DNA from: Nostoc punctiforme PCC 73102
GTDB lineage: Bacteria; Cyanobacteriota; Cyanobacteriia; Cyanobacteriales; Nostocaceae
Length of the DNA stretch: 32,000 nucleotides
Assembly: GCF_000020025.1 (NCBI RefSeq)
Contig: NC_010632.1
Coordinates: 1 to 32,000, forward strand
Reading direction: 5' to 3'
Shown here: in pieces, positions 23,825 to 32,000 of the stretch
How the letters are laid out: the number at the start of each line of letters is the position of its first letter
Position numbering within the stretch: the first letter of the stretch is position 1
Made by a program: the position numbers and the translations under genes
The notes under the pieces: generated by a model
What the model was told of the DNA's origin: nothing
What the model saw: the letters and a program-made list of their open reading frames with translations, nothing else
Databases searched by the model: none

Positions 23825-24391
23825 TTACGCCGCTACTGCCGTTCGGACTCCCAGAAACGTTATCGCCTCTTCTGCACTGTTGGCGAATCTGTTCATGCCG
23901 TATGTGCGGGGTCTGGAATACCAGCCTTCATAATTGCAACCGATGTAGCCCACTAACTGATTATTTCGGTAAAGTTTAGTACTGAAGGATAACCAATCAA
24001 TCTGCGGATGCCACAAGTTGAACTTGACGCAAGCTTCTTCCAATTCCTCGCTTAAACGTTCATTGCGCTCCAGGGGTGTTTCTGGGAGGGTTGCTTTGAC
24101 CTCTGCAACTCTTGTAGCGAACCAGTTTCTATCGAAGGGCAGCCGTCCGCCACAGACTAATTGCACCCATACGGTGATTCCGCCTTCAATCCAGATTGTG
24201 CGAACTGATTCGGGTTCCACTTCGATAATCTCACCGATGATGCGGCGATCTCTGCTGGTGAGAGGATCTTGGGTTGGAGCTACAGCTTCGGCTTGGGATT
24301 CGATGTATTTGTCAAGCTCGGCTTGTGCTGCGGCTTGCTTGTCAACAGAATAATCGACAATTGCTTGTCGTGTATGAGTTACATACGTCAT
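23825..24391 (-). CDS. Hypothetical protein (188 aa), first gene of the long minus-strand operon
   Basis: The ATG at 24391 has GGAG 9 nt upstream. The tracked start at 24406 is a TTG inside that SD sequence. Confidence 0.65.
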   Translation of the reverse strand: MTYVTHTRQAIVDYSVDKQAAAQAELDKYIESQAEAVAPTQDPLTSRDRRIIGEIIEVEPESVRTIWIEGGITVWVQLVCGGRLPFDRNWFATRVAEVKATLPETPLERNERLSEELEEACVKFNLWHPQIDWLSFSTKLYRNNQLVGYIGCNYEGWYSRPRTYGMNRFANSAEEAITFLGVRTAVAA

Positions 24392-24551
24392 AATAAAAAT
24401 CTCCAATTTATTTGGGTAAAAGGCGATCGCAAGTTTTCCAGGACAGGCGGTCGTCTTTTGTTTTGATAGATGAAAAAAAACTGTACTTTTGAGGCAATAG
24501 AAGGTCGGTTTGATTTACACGAGCCTTTCTTGCTCCTCATATTTTTATATT

Positions 24552-24566
24552 ATGATATTATCACTA
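24552..24566. promoter_or_regulatory. Operator-like palindrome (core TGATATTATCA)
   Basis: ATGATATTATCACTA is the exact reverse complement of 25025-25039. It lies in the divergent promoter region between 23825..24391 (-) and the RHH gene (+). Confidence 0.55.
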
Positions 24567-24649
24567 CATTGTCAATATATTCTTCATGAAATTGTCATTA
24601 CAAACAGTCATTGGTAAGCTAATATTTATAATTAAGGAGTTGAGCAAGA

Positions 24650-24904
24650 ATGACCAAAGGATCAAAAGCGTCTTCAGACAGGGTTTTCATTCAAATCCAG
24701 GTTGACCAAGAAAGGAAGACAAGGTTTGCAGAGAAAGTCCGCAATCAAGGTAAAACAATTACTGAAGTACTAATCTCGTGGATTGATGATTACATTGACG
24801 AATCTGAGAAGGTAGATGTTATAGACCTAAAAAAGCGAATAGAGGCTTTAGAGCGCAAATCAAACCAACAGGACTCTTTACTCATGGGGGAATTGCTCGC
24901 CTGA
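24650..24904 (+). CDS. Ribbon-helix-helix (CopG/Arc-like) DNA-binding protein
   Basis: AAGGAG lies 9 nt upstream of the ATG. RVFIQIQVDQERKTRFAEKVRNQGKTITEVLISWIDDYI fits strand-helix-helix. The -1 frame from 24889 continues the coiled coil up to TAA 24982-24984. Confidence 0.65.
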   Translation: MTKGSKASSDRVFIQIQVDQERKTRFAEKVRNQGKTITEVLISWIDDYIDESEKVDVIDLKKRIEALERKSNQQDSLLMGELLA

Positions 24905-24966
24905 GAGAAGAGAATGATTCTCTCAGGCAAAAACATTCACAACTAATGGATCTCCTTAAAGCGGAC

Positions 24967-25001
24967 AAGCCCGCTAATCAATAAGCGGGCTTTGTTTTTT
25001 T
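24967..25001 (+). terminator. Rho-independent terminator
   Basis: AAGCCCGCT-aatcaata-AGCGGGCTT followed by TGTTTTTTT. Confidence 0.7.
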
Positions 25002-25024
25002 GTAAGCAGTCTATATTGATTATA

Positions 25025-25039
25025 TAGTGATAATATCAT
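25025..25039. promoter_or_regulatory. Operator-like palindrome (core TGATAATATCA)
   Basis: TAGTGATAATATCAT is the reverse complement of 24552-24566. It is upstream of the 532-aa gene. Confidence 0.55.
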
Positions 25040-25244
25040 TATATAATGATAAAAACTGGAGAAGTAGAAGACGATCGCCGCCGACCAAAGCATTGCGATC
25101 GCCTGCTCAATCCGTTAACGACAAAGTGAGCTAACTATAATGCTGACACATTTTTGGAAAAATCCCCCAGATCAGTTGCTTGGTTCACTTTGGTTAAGTT
25201 GCAACACCTCAACTTTTAGGCATCTACCATAGTGAGCAAGAAAT

Positions 25245-26843
25245 ATGCTGACACTAGACAGAGAACAAACAACAGCACTCGATTACAGTGTTGTCAACAC
25301 CAGTATCCAGGAAACTTTCAGTGCTATTAACCGTTTTGAGTGGCAAGCAATAGATGAACTACGTCTAATGCGAGACAACCACTATTACAAAGATGGTGGA
25401 TATCTCAGCTTTGAAGACTATTGTGAAAAAGAGCTAATCAAACACGGTGGATATCGCCGAGTCAGAGATTTACTGTCTGCGAAGAAAGTAGTTGATACTC
25501 TGCCAGAGGAACTGAAAGACAAGATTACTAAGCCTTCTCAAACTCGCTCCTTGCTCCGACTGGTGAAAACTCCCGATAAGTTAGAGCAAGCTGTTGCGAT
25601 CGCAGCAAAAGAGAAACCCTTCCCCACTGCCGCCGACTTCACCAAAGCAGTACAGAAGGTCGTTCCAAAAAATACGTCACCCACTAGAACCAGTAGCACA
25701 AAACAAGAAAAAGTCAAAACGCAATTGTGTAATTCTGTTACTGTTTCTTCCCTTTCACATCCTCGTTATGGGGATTCGGGAGTGATCGAGGCAGACGCAC
25801 CCAATAACTATCAGCAGATTGTTACCTTTAGTGATGGTGAGAGGCTGCTGGTAAACAATAGTGATTTGGCTGGTTTAAATGACGCAATTGTGTCCGAATC
25901 GAGTGGGCGAACTTACCCAAAAGAGTACACCGAAGCGATCGCTGCTATTGAAGAACGTCATAAACAGGAGTTAGAGCAACTTTCCCAAGAATTGAGGATT
26001 GGTTTGCAAGCAGAAGCAGCTACCAGAGCCGAAGCTCAGGTACAAGAACAAATCCAATCCTTGCAGCAACTGTACAAGCAACAAAAGGAGCAAAACGTTC
26101 AGTTACAGCAACGCTTAGACGAGATGGAGGGGTTGAGAAAGTTAGAGATTGAGAATCAGCAACTCCAGCAACGTATCCAAGAATTGGAAAACGCGGTTGA
26201 ACAGCGCCCTTCCCAACAATGGGGAAATACTATGACCCAGCAAGCGACCAAAGCGTTAAACAAACAGGTGAAACAGGCGTTAGAGAAAACCATTGATTTG
26301 CGATCGCTAGCTGTTGAACCACCCAAAGAAAACGCCCAAGAATGTCTGCGGCTCATGGGCATGGCTTTGAAAAACTTAGCGAGTGCGATGAACAACACCC
26401 AAGCATTGGAGGCTGCGGCGATAATTCTGGGGAGTGAACCGACACAATCCGCGATCGCATATCGAGCCGAACAACTGGAAATGCTACCCCAGGCGGTTAG
26501 TGAGATTAAGGCAATATTAGCTAAACCTGGATGTACTTGGCATGAGTTTTTGAATGTTGCCCAAGAGTACGAAGTTATTAAACAGGACTATTGGGCAGAA
26601 CTTACCACCCAGGAAACAGATTTAATTGCCACACTCCAAAACGCATCCTCTCAACCAGACACCATTGGCATCGGCTCTATTGTTGCCCATGCCGACCCCT
26701 ACCGTACTTTGTATGTCGAGAGGGGTGAAGTTGTAGAGGATTTGGGCGAGGAAGTAGTGGTGGCATGGGATTGTTGGAAGGAGCAATCGAAAAAGACTGA
26801 CAGGTATTTCCGAGATGAGTTGCGGTTTTGGCAGCCTGAATAG
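25245..26843 (+). CDS. Large coiled-coil protein of unknown function (532 aa)
   Basis: Intact ORF. The N-terminal ~130 aa (YYKDGGYLSFEDYCEKELIKHGGYRRVRDLLSAKKV) resemble DNA-binding regions of plasmid/phage ParB-/KorB-like proteins, which is an impression only. There is a central Q/E-rich coiled coil and a small beta-rich C-terminal domain. Confidence 0.7.
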   Translation: MLTLDREQTTALDYSVVNTSIQETFSAINRFEWQAIDELRLMRDNHYYKDGGYLSFEDYCEKELIKHGGYRRVRDLLSAKKVVDTLPEELKDKITKPSQTRSLLRLVKTPDKLEQAVAIAAKEKPFPTAADFTKAVQKVVPKNTSPTRTSSTKQEKVKTQLCNSVTVSSLSHPRYGDSGVIEADAPNNYQQIVTFSDGERLLVNNSDLAGLNDAIVSESSGRTYPKEYTEAIAAIEERHKQELEQLSQELRIGLQAEAATRAEAQVQEQIQSLQQLYKQQKEQNVQLQQRLDEMEGLRKLEIENQQLQQRIQELENAVEQRPSQQWGNTMTQQATKALNKQVKQALEKTIDLRSLAVEPPKENAQECLRLMGMALKNLASAMNNTQALEAAAIILGSEPTQSAIAYRAEQLEMLPQAVSEIKAILAKPGCTWHEFLNVAQEYEVIKQDYWAELTTQETDLIATLQNASSQPDTIGIGSIVAHADPYRTLYVERGEVVEDLGEEVVVAWDCWKEQSKKTDRYFRDELRFWQPE

Positions 26844-26948
26844 GCTTTCAATGTACTGATAACTTTTTAGACAAATAAATGCAAGTACCAAGCCCCGCAT
26901 CACAGTGGGGGAAATTTCCGTGCGCCAACATAAACAGGAGATTGAAAG

Positions 26949-28151
26949 ATGACTGCAACTATTACCAGACCCAAGCCCAAAAAGCCTGCTACCGCTAGTA
27001 AACCGCAATCCCCCTACAAGCGGCTTCATGTGATTATCCCGATTGCAGATATGCTGTGGGCATCGCAACAAAAGCCGTCAGTTACGCAATTGTGGCAAGA
27101 ATGCTGGACGGTTGACCCCTACGGTTCCCGGTGGATGCCCTTATCCACAGCTTTAGGCTACAGCAGTTTTATCTGTGCAAAGAAAATTCTAGCTGAAAGT
27201 GGGCTGTTCATTTTCAAACCCGACAAATCTATTCAGGATGGACGCGAGACTGTTGGCTGGATGGTGCGGAATTTGCACGGCAGTCGAATGAAGGAATTTT
27301 GGGAGAAACCTAATGCTGAAAATCAAGAACTAGATGCTGAAAAACGAGAATCAAATGCTGGGGATTCAGAGATAGATGCTGGCTCTGAAGAAATGCGTGC
27401 TTCGTATAAAGCATCTATTTTAGGTGAAAGTCAGTCAGACAAGGAGTTTCAGGAAACCTCACGAACTACTCAGGAACAGCTAACGAACTCTTTTGAAGAG
27501 TTCGTTAGCTGTGTCTCTGACACGCTTACACAGATTTCGCATGAGGAGGAGACGGCGAGTGCGCCCTTGGGGGGCGCTTCGCCTCAGTCTGTTCAAGGCG
27601 TGTCAGAGAATGAGGAAGAATTGCCTGTGGCAATGGACTGTACATCGCTGGCGCTTGTGGATGCTGCACCGAGTCAATCTACTTCGTTGTTAGCTGAAAA
27701 CCAGAATTGTCGTGTTGAACCGAAAGACTGTCATGAAGGTACTTGTTCCGCCGCGTCTGTTGCCGTAAATGAATTATCTTCAAGTTCAGCGATCGCTAAT
27801 CAAACACAGGGGCAAGTAGAACAAAGTAATTCCGCTTCGTTGTTAGTTGAAAATTCAGTTTCGAGTGAAGGAGTCAAAGCAGTTGATGAGGGTGAAGGTT
27901 CCGCCGCGCCTATCCCCAGTGCTAAAAAATGGTCGCATGAGGCGATAGTTGCGCGGTCAAATATGCGACCTGTAAGAAGGAAGAAACTAAATCGAGCAGC
28001 AAATTCAGGGGAGAATCCGGGGTTTGACTTCTTGAAAGAGTGCTGGAATGATGATCCAGCTTTGCAGATTGTGATCAAGAAATTACTGGTGAAGTTTCCG
28101 CAATGGGGGGTTGCAGTTGTTGATGGGGTACTAGTTGATTGGAATGAGTAG
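26949..28151 (+). CDS. Hypothetical protein (400 aa); possible plasmid replication/maintenance factor
   Basis: AGGAG lies 8 nt upstream. A basic N-terminus is followed by a wHTH-like region (LSTALGYSSFICAKKILAESGLFIF) and an acidic, Ser-rich middle. A Rep function is a guess from context. Confidence 0.6.
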   Translation: MTATITRPKPKKPATASKPQSPYKRLHVIIPIADMLWASQQKPSVTQLWQECWTVDPYGSRWMPLSTALGYSSFICAKKILAESGLFIFKPDKSIQDGRETVGWMVRNLHGSRMKEFWEKPNAENQELDAEKRESNAGDSEIDAGSEEMRASYKASILGESQSDKEFQETSRTTQEQLTNSFEEFVSCVSDTLTQISHEEETASAPLGGASPQSVQGVSENEEELPVAMDCTSLALVDAAPSQSTSLLAENQNCRVEPKDCHEGTCSAASVAVNELSSSSAIANQTQGQVEQSNSASLLVENSVSSEGVKAVDEGEGSAAPIPSAKKWSHEAIVARSNMRPVRRKKLNRAANSGENPGFDFLKECWNDDPALQIVIKKLLVKFPQWGVAVVDGVLVDWNE

Positions 28152-28154
28152 TAA

Positions 28155-28180
28155 GTCTGTACAATAGGTCTGTACAATAG
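28155..28180. repeat. Tandem 13-mer GTCTGTACAATAG x2
   Basis: Exact tandem duplication between the 400-aa gene's stop and the Y1 transposase-like gene. Confidence 0.85.
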
Positions 28181-28217
28181 GCTATAAACTATACGTATTC
28201 TTGTTTGCGTATTTACA

Positions 28218-29091
28218 ATGTCTCGCCCAAAACGTAACTTGCAACCTGGATTTTGTTACCACATCACAACCCGTTGCAACAATAGAGAATTTCGCCTGAC
28301 TTGCCTGGAATGCCGTGAAGTCTTTCTCTACGCCATTAAAAAAGCGCAAGAAAAGTATAGGTTTAAGCTTTATGCTTTGTGTATCATGAGCAACCATGTC
28401 CACTACCTCCTGGAATCAAAGCAACCAGAAGACTTGCCTAAAATTATGCACTGGCTCAACTGGTACACAGCGATGTGTTTCAATCGGATGTTGAACCGCA
28501 CAGGGCATTTTTGGGAAAAGAGGTATCACAGCACGGGCTTTGCCAACACAGATTATCGACGAGCTTTGAATACTCTGCGGTACATTCACGCTAACCCGAA
28601 AGCCGCCCAGATGCAGCAGGGCTTTTTCTATGACTTTAGCAATTATGGGATTCACGACCGCTTGGGCAACGATGGTATTACTCCAATGGCATCCGGCATT
28701 TTTGCAGTTAGGCAGGACTTTAGAAGAATGTGCGGCGAGATATCGTAGGTTTTGTCAGAAATACCGATCACAGGCGAAGCCAGAGAAACGAAATCACTGG
28801 GGTAGCAACTTTTTGCCATCAGTAATGAAGGGTGGGAAGGCAAAAAAGCCATCACCAGGGCAGATGAGTTTATCTTGGGACAAGCAGCAAGTAACGGAAT
28901 CTACTGAGGTGCATGAGGTAGCAGCAAAATTTATTCAAGCGAATTGCTTAAAGCCGCCAGTGCCAGGTATCGGATTCCTGAATGTTGATTCATTCGTGGA
29001 AAATGAGGTGGAGATAAATGTTTACAAAATTCCCAAAGCTTTAGATGTTACACTTTACATCTCTGCGCGAGAGAAAGTTAAGCGCACCTGA
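28218..29091 (+). pseudogene. IS200/IS605-type Y1 (HUH) transposase-like / RAYT-like gene with a 1-nt frameshift
   Basis: HUH motif SNHVHYLL and Tyr motif LRYIHANP. The family-typical continuation QWHPAFLQLGRTLEECAARYRRFCQKY lies in the +1 frame. Removing one C of the CC at 28683-28684 joins ..GNDGIT to QWHPAF.. Confidence 0.7.
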
Positions 29092-29351
29092 CTTTCCCAT
29101 CTCAATTCCCCTATCCCAATTCCAACCACCCATCCCAAAGTTTTTGTATAAATTAACGCAGGTAGTAATGGCGATGCTGGCAACGGCAATGGCACATCAT
29201 CTGTTTTCTCGAACTTTTTCATTATTTCATAATAGCTCAACCAGCTATATTGTTTCCAACCAACGAGCTCACCAAAAACATCCCATTTATCATCGCTATA
29301 GCTCGGACTGCCTAAATTTCGATAAATTTTCGCTTGGATGCTGATGCCAAA
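29055..29351 (-). pseudogene. C-terminal (GUN4-domain) fragment of the IS-disrupted STAND NTPase gene
   Basis: FGISIQAKIYRNLGSPSYSDDKWDVFGELVGWKQYSWLSYYEI matches the GUN4 domain pattern (FGFSVQ..IW ... FG..VGW ... WL.Y). It joins in frame to 30777.. once the IS and one TSD copy are removed. Confidence 0.75.
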
Positions 29352-29358
29352 ATTATTA

Positions 29359-30776
29359 GGCTCTTCCAGAGTAGTTATGTTAAAATAGTATAAATAAATT
29401 CAATATATCTCAATAGAATAGCAGTAATCGGTGGCAACAGCCTGTGCAGAGAAGGAAATACAGAAGCAATTGAGAATATAAAACACAAGAAATATTGAAA
29501 ATAGAATTAATATTTTAATAAATATGCCTTCTAATCCCTTACTTCATTTTATTACTAAAGTTATTAATATTGAAGATATCAAAGTATTGAATTACGATTT
29601 TATCACTGATGATGAAATCGTAATTGAAATCCAAAATCAATCAAAAGTTGGTCAGTGTCCTCGGTGTGGAAAGACAACTAATAAAACTCATCAAAATCAT
29701 TGGTATATAGTCAGAGATATACCCATGAGTGACTATCAAGTATTTTTAAAAGTAAATCGTCGGCAATTAAAGTGTACAGAATGCCAAAAAGTATTTAGTG
29801 AGAAACTATCTTTTGTAAAAAGTAGAAGAACCTATACAAAAAGATTAGCGAACAAAGTAATTAAGGAAGTGTTAGAAACTGATGTAGAGAATGCAGCCCG
29901 AAGAAATAGAATGAGTTCATCTGAGATAGAAACAATATTAAAAGAATTAGAATCAGAACTACTAAAAGAAAAACCTAACCAGATAAAAAAGTTAGGAATA
30001 GATGAAATCACGCAATTAAAAGGAGGAAAGAATTATGCAGCAGTATTAGTAGACTTAGAAACAAGAAGACCGATAGCATTGTTAGAGAAGAGAAATAAAG
30101 CGGTTATAGCAGAATACCTATCCAGTCTGGGTTCAGAGATATTAAATCAAATAGAAGAAGTCAGCATAGACTTATGGATACCCTATAAAAGTTTAATCCA
30201 AGAAATGCTACCGAATGCTCAAGTAGTAGCAGATAGATTCCATGTCATGAAACAAATAAATCAGGAGTTAGACGCAAGAAGAAAACAGGAAAAAAGAGCA
30301 GCCTTAAAAATTAAAAATCGCCAAGAAAGAGAAAAGAAATTAACTGGCTTAACTCACAGTAAATACCCTTTGTTAAAGAAAAAAGAATGCCTCAGTTTTC
30401 AGGAACAAGCTCAGATAGATTTACTCAAAAAAGTTGCTCCAGACTTAGGAGAAATGTATCGAAATAAAGAAGCCATTAGAGATATATTTGAAAGTCCCAT
30501 AACCAGTGATGAAGCTTTAGATAAATTCCTGGAATGGACTCAAGGAGCTTATAAATTATTTCCCAAAAGTTGCCGAACTATAAGTAGATGGATAGATGAA
30601 ATTCTTGCTTATTTTGATCGCCGAACTACTCAAGGTATTGTAGAAGGAATTAATCAGAAGATTAAGCTAATTAAATGCAGAGCTTATGGCTTAACTAACT
30701 TTAATAGTTTTAGAAGAAGGGTTTTACTAAATTGGTATTTCTTTTGTTAATTTTACATATCTAGTCTGTGAGAGCC
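29359..30776 (+). mobile_element. ISL3-family insertion sequence (1418 bp) with 8-bp target-site duplication
   Basis: Imperfect terminal inverted repeats GGCTCTTCCAGAGTAGTTATGTTAAAAT (left) and GGCTCTCACAGACTAGATATGTAAAAT (right end, reverse complement). The direct repeat AATTATTA occurs at 29351-29358 and 30777-30784. Confidence 0.85.
29524..30750 (+). CDS. ISL3-family transposase
   Basis: N-terminal zinc finger CPRCG...CTECQ. DDE region LGIDE..., SIDLWIPYKS, PNAQVVADRFHVMK and GIVEGINQKIKLIKCRAYG are typical of DDE_Tnp_ISL3. Confidence 0.9.
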   Translation: MPSNPLLHFITKVINIEDIKVLNYDFITDDEIVIEIQNQSKVGQCPRCGKTTNKTHQNHWYIVRDIPMSDYQVFLKVNRRQLKCTECQKVFSEKLSFVKSRRTYTKRLANKVIKEVLETDVENAARRNRMSSSEIETILKELESELLKEKPNQIKKLGIDEITQLKGGKNYAAVLVDLETRRPIALLEKRNKAVIAEYLSSLGSEILNQIEEVSIDLWIPYKSLIQEMLPNAQVVADRFHVMKQINQELDARRKQEKRAALKIKNRQEREKKLTGLTHSKYPLLKKKECLSFQEQAQIDLLKKVAPDLGEMYRNKEAIRDIFESPITSDEALDKFLEWTQGAYKLFPKSCRTISRWIDEILAYFDRRTTQGIVEGINQKIKLIKCRAYGLTNFNSFRRRVLLNWYFFC

Positions 30777-32000
30777 AATTATTATTACTGTTTTGAAGCC
30801 AGAGACGATTGATTTCTCTAAGAGTTTCACAGGGGAAATTCTCCAGCAGTTCTCGCCACATTCTATAGTTTTCTCTAACCATGACTTGGTAAAAAATCCA
30901 AGCAGTTTCCTCATCTGCTTCTTTCCAGTGTTGTTGCTGAAGATAATTTTCTAATTTTGTGCATAGTTTATCTTCTAACAATTCATTCGTACATTTTCTT
31001 AATTCTCCTTCAAAAGCTTGATCGGCTTCAGAATTATATTGAACTGCCAGCATCTCAGAGAATCCTTGTCTGAATCGTTTGGGATTTTCTTTGTTAGCAA
31101 ACTTCAATTGGAAAATCTCTTGCCATTTTTCTTCGCTTTTGTTTTCTTTATTCCCCCACAACTGATGTAATTTTTCATGAGCTTTTTGGCAGAGAGAATA
31201 TACCTCTGGTGCTTCTGGTAGTTTAATATTGGGGATGAGGTGGGGAAGAATGCGTGAGGCTCGATAAATCCTGTTTTCTTCTTGAAGGTTAGAACTGACC
31301 TCTATGAGTCCCAGTTTTAGCCCCCTTTGTAATTGTTGTTGATAATTAGGAAGCTCGTCACAAGCGGCTTCTAAAGCCACCATAGGTACAGGAATCTTAT
31401 AAACTAAGCAATGGCTAAGAATTTTCTGTAGTGGCTCATCAATAAGCTGATACAATTCCTTCCAAATAATTTTGTATTTCCACAGTTCGGGACTTTGTTC
31501 CAATTGAGTCAGTTTAGCTTCTGCATCTACACAGCTTAAAATTCCATCAAAAAACTCTAATAAGCGAGGATTACCATCCGCTAAATCTAATGCCCGTCTC
31601 AGTAAACTATCAGAAATTTTACCAGAGCTAAAATGTTTTAACCGACTAAGTTTTTTAGTTAACTCAGCATCTTTCAATGGTTCTAGACCTTCTTTATAGA
31701 AAAACTCTAGTAATTCAGAATCAAAATCATAGCGACAGGTAATAATAATTCTATTATTAGTTCCTGTTTCTTGGATTGCTTGTACTAAAGCTTCTAAAAT
31801 TGGAGCTACTTCAGCTTTAAGAACATGTTGCCCTTCGTCGGGGTCAAGATTCCATTCAAAATCATCCAAAATTAAGAGAAATGGTTTTTCACCAATTTCT
31901 GCTAATTGGTTAAATAGATGAGTAAGTTTAATATCTAGACTTTTACCAGATGTTTCTAGAAAGCTACGAATTTCTTGTAATTCTGGCTTAATTAATTTAG
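30777..32000 (-). pseudogene. N-terminal/central part of a STAND (NACHT/AAA-like) NTPase-GUN4 gene, interrupted by the IS and running off the window
   Basis: The frame is open to position 32000. It has a Walker B-like GEKPFLLILDDFEW and a long helical array. It ends ..LREINRLWLQNSNNN at the IS junction, which is the start of the GUN4 motif. Confidence 0.75.

Noticed and set aside
12564-24391. Classical type IV secretion / conjugation cluster
   Set aside because: I could recognise no VirB4-size ATPase, no relaxase HUH/3H motif, no pilin and no VirB6/8/9/10-like proteins. Only the single P-loop ATPase supports a DNA-transfer idea, so I kept it as a hypothesis.
26156-28177. Minus-strand ORFs 26156..26398, 26622..27071 and 27800..28177, and plus-strand ORF 27493..27693
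   Set aside because: They are shadows or alternative frames of the 532-aa and 400-aa genes.

Overview
This window looks like an accessory or plasmid-type region of a filamentous, Nostocales-like cyanobacterium. The evidence is at least 15 copies of the HIP1 octamer GCGATCGC (counted by eye), STRR-like tandem heptamer arrays, a group-2-type sigma-70 gene and a GUN4-domain gene. Layout: (1) 1-2.6 kb holds an iteron-like repeat cluster, a small zinc-ribbon ORF, a 26-bp palindrome and parA-parB. (2) 2.6-3.1 kb is a decayed, internally deleted copy of the AIPR/SNF2 junction found intact further on. (3) 3.1-4.7 kb carries a sigma factor, an HNH endonuclease and a second zinc-ribbon paralog. (4) 4.8-10.9 kb (minus strand) carries a 1403-aa SNF2 ATPase with a long unassigned N-terminus, followed by an AIPR-like protein and preceded by a degenerate stop-start-coupled ORF. 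(5) 10.9-12.2 kb holds gene debris, a 49-aa CxxCxGxG ORF and AT-rich spacer. (6) 12.5-24.4 kb is a mostly minus-strand block of about 25 tightly packed, often overlapping small ORFs with no domains I recognise. Within that block I can call a membrane-anchored P-loop (FtsK/TraB/T4CP-like) ATPase, small membrane proteins, an HNH-like frame broken by an in-frame TAG, and a four-helix-bundle (23S rRNA IVS family) gene. The block is punctuated by three elements bounded by inverted tandem-heptamer arrays. (7) 24.5-28.2 kb carries an RHH repressor with paired palindromic operators and a possible frameshift extension, then 532-aa and 400-aa proteins of unknown function. (8) 28.2-32 kb carries a frameshifted Y1/HUH transposase-like gene and a STAND-NTPase/GUN4 gene split by an ISL3-family IS with an 8-bp target duplication. 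I found no rRNA, tRNA or CRISPR array. All functional calls rest on motifs read by eye. No database search was run.
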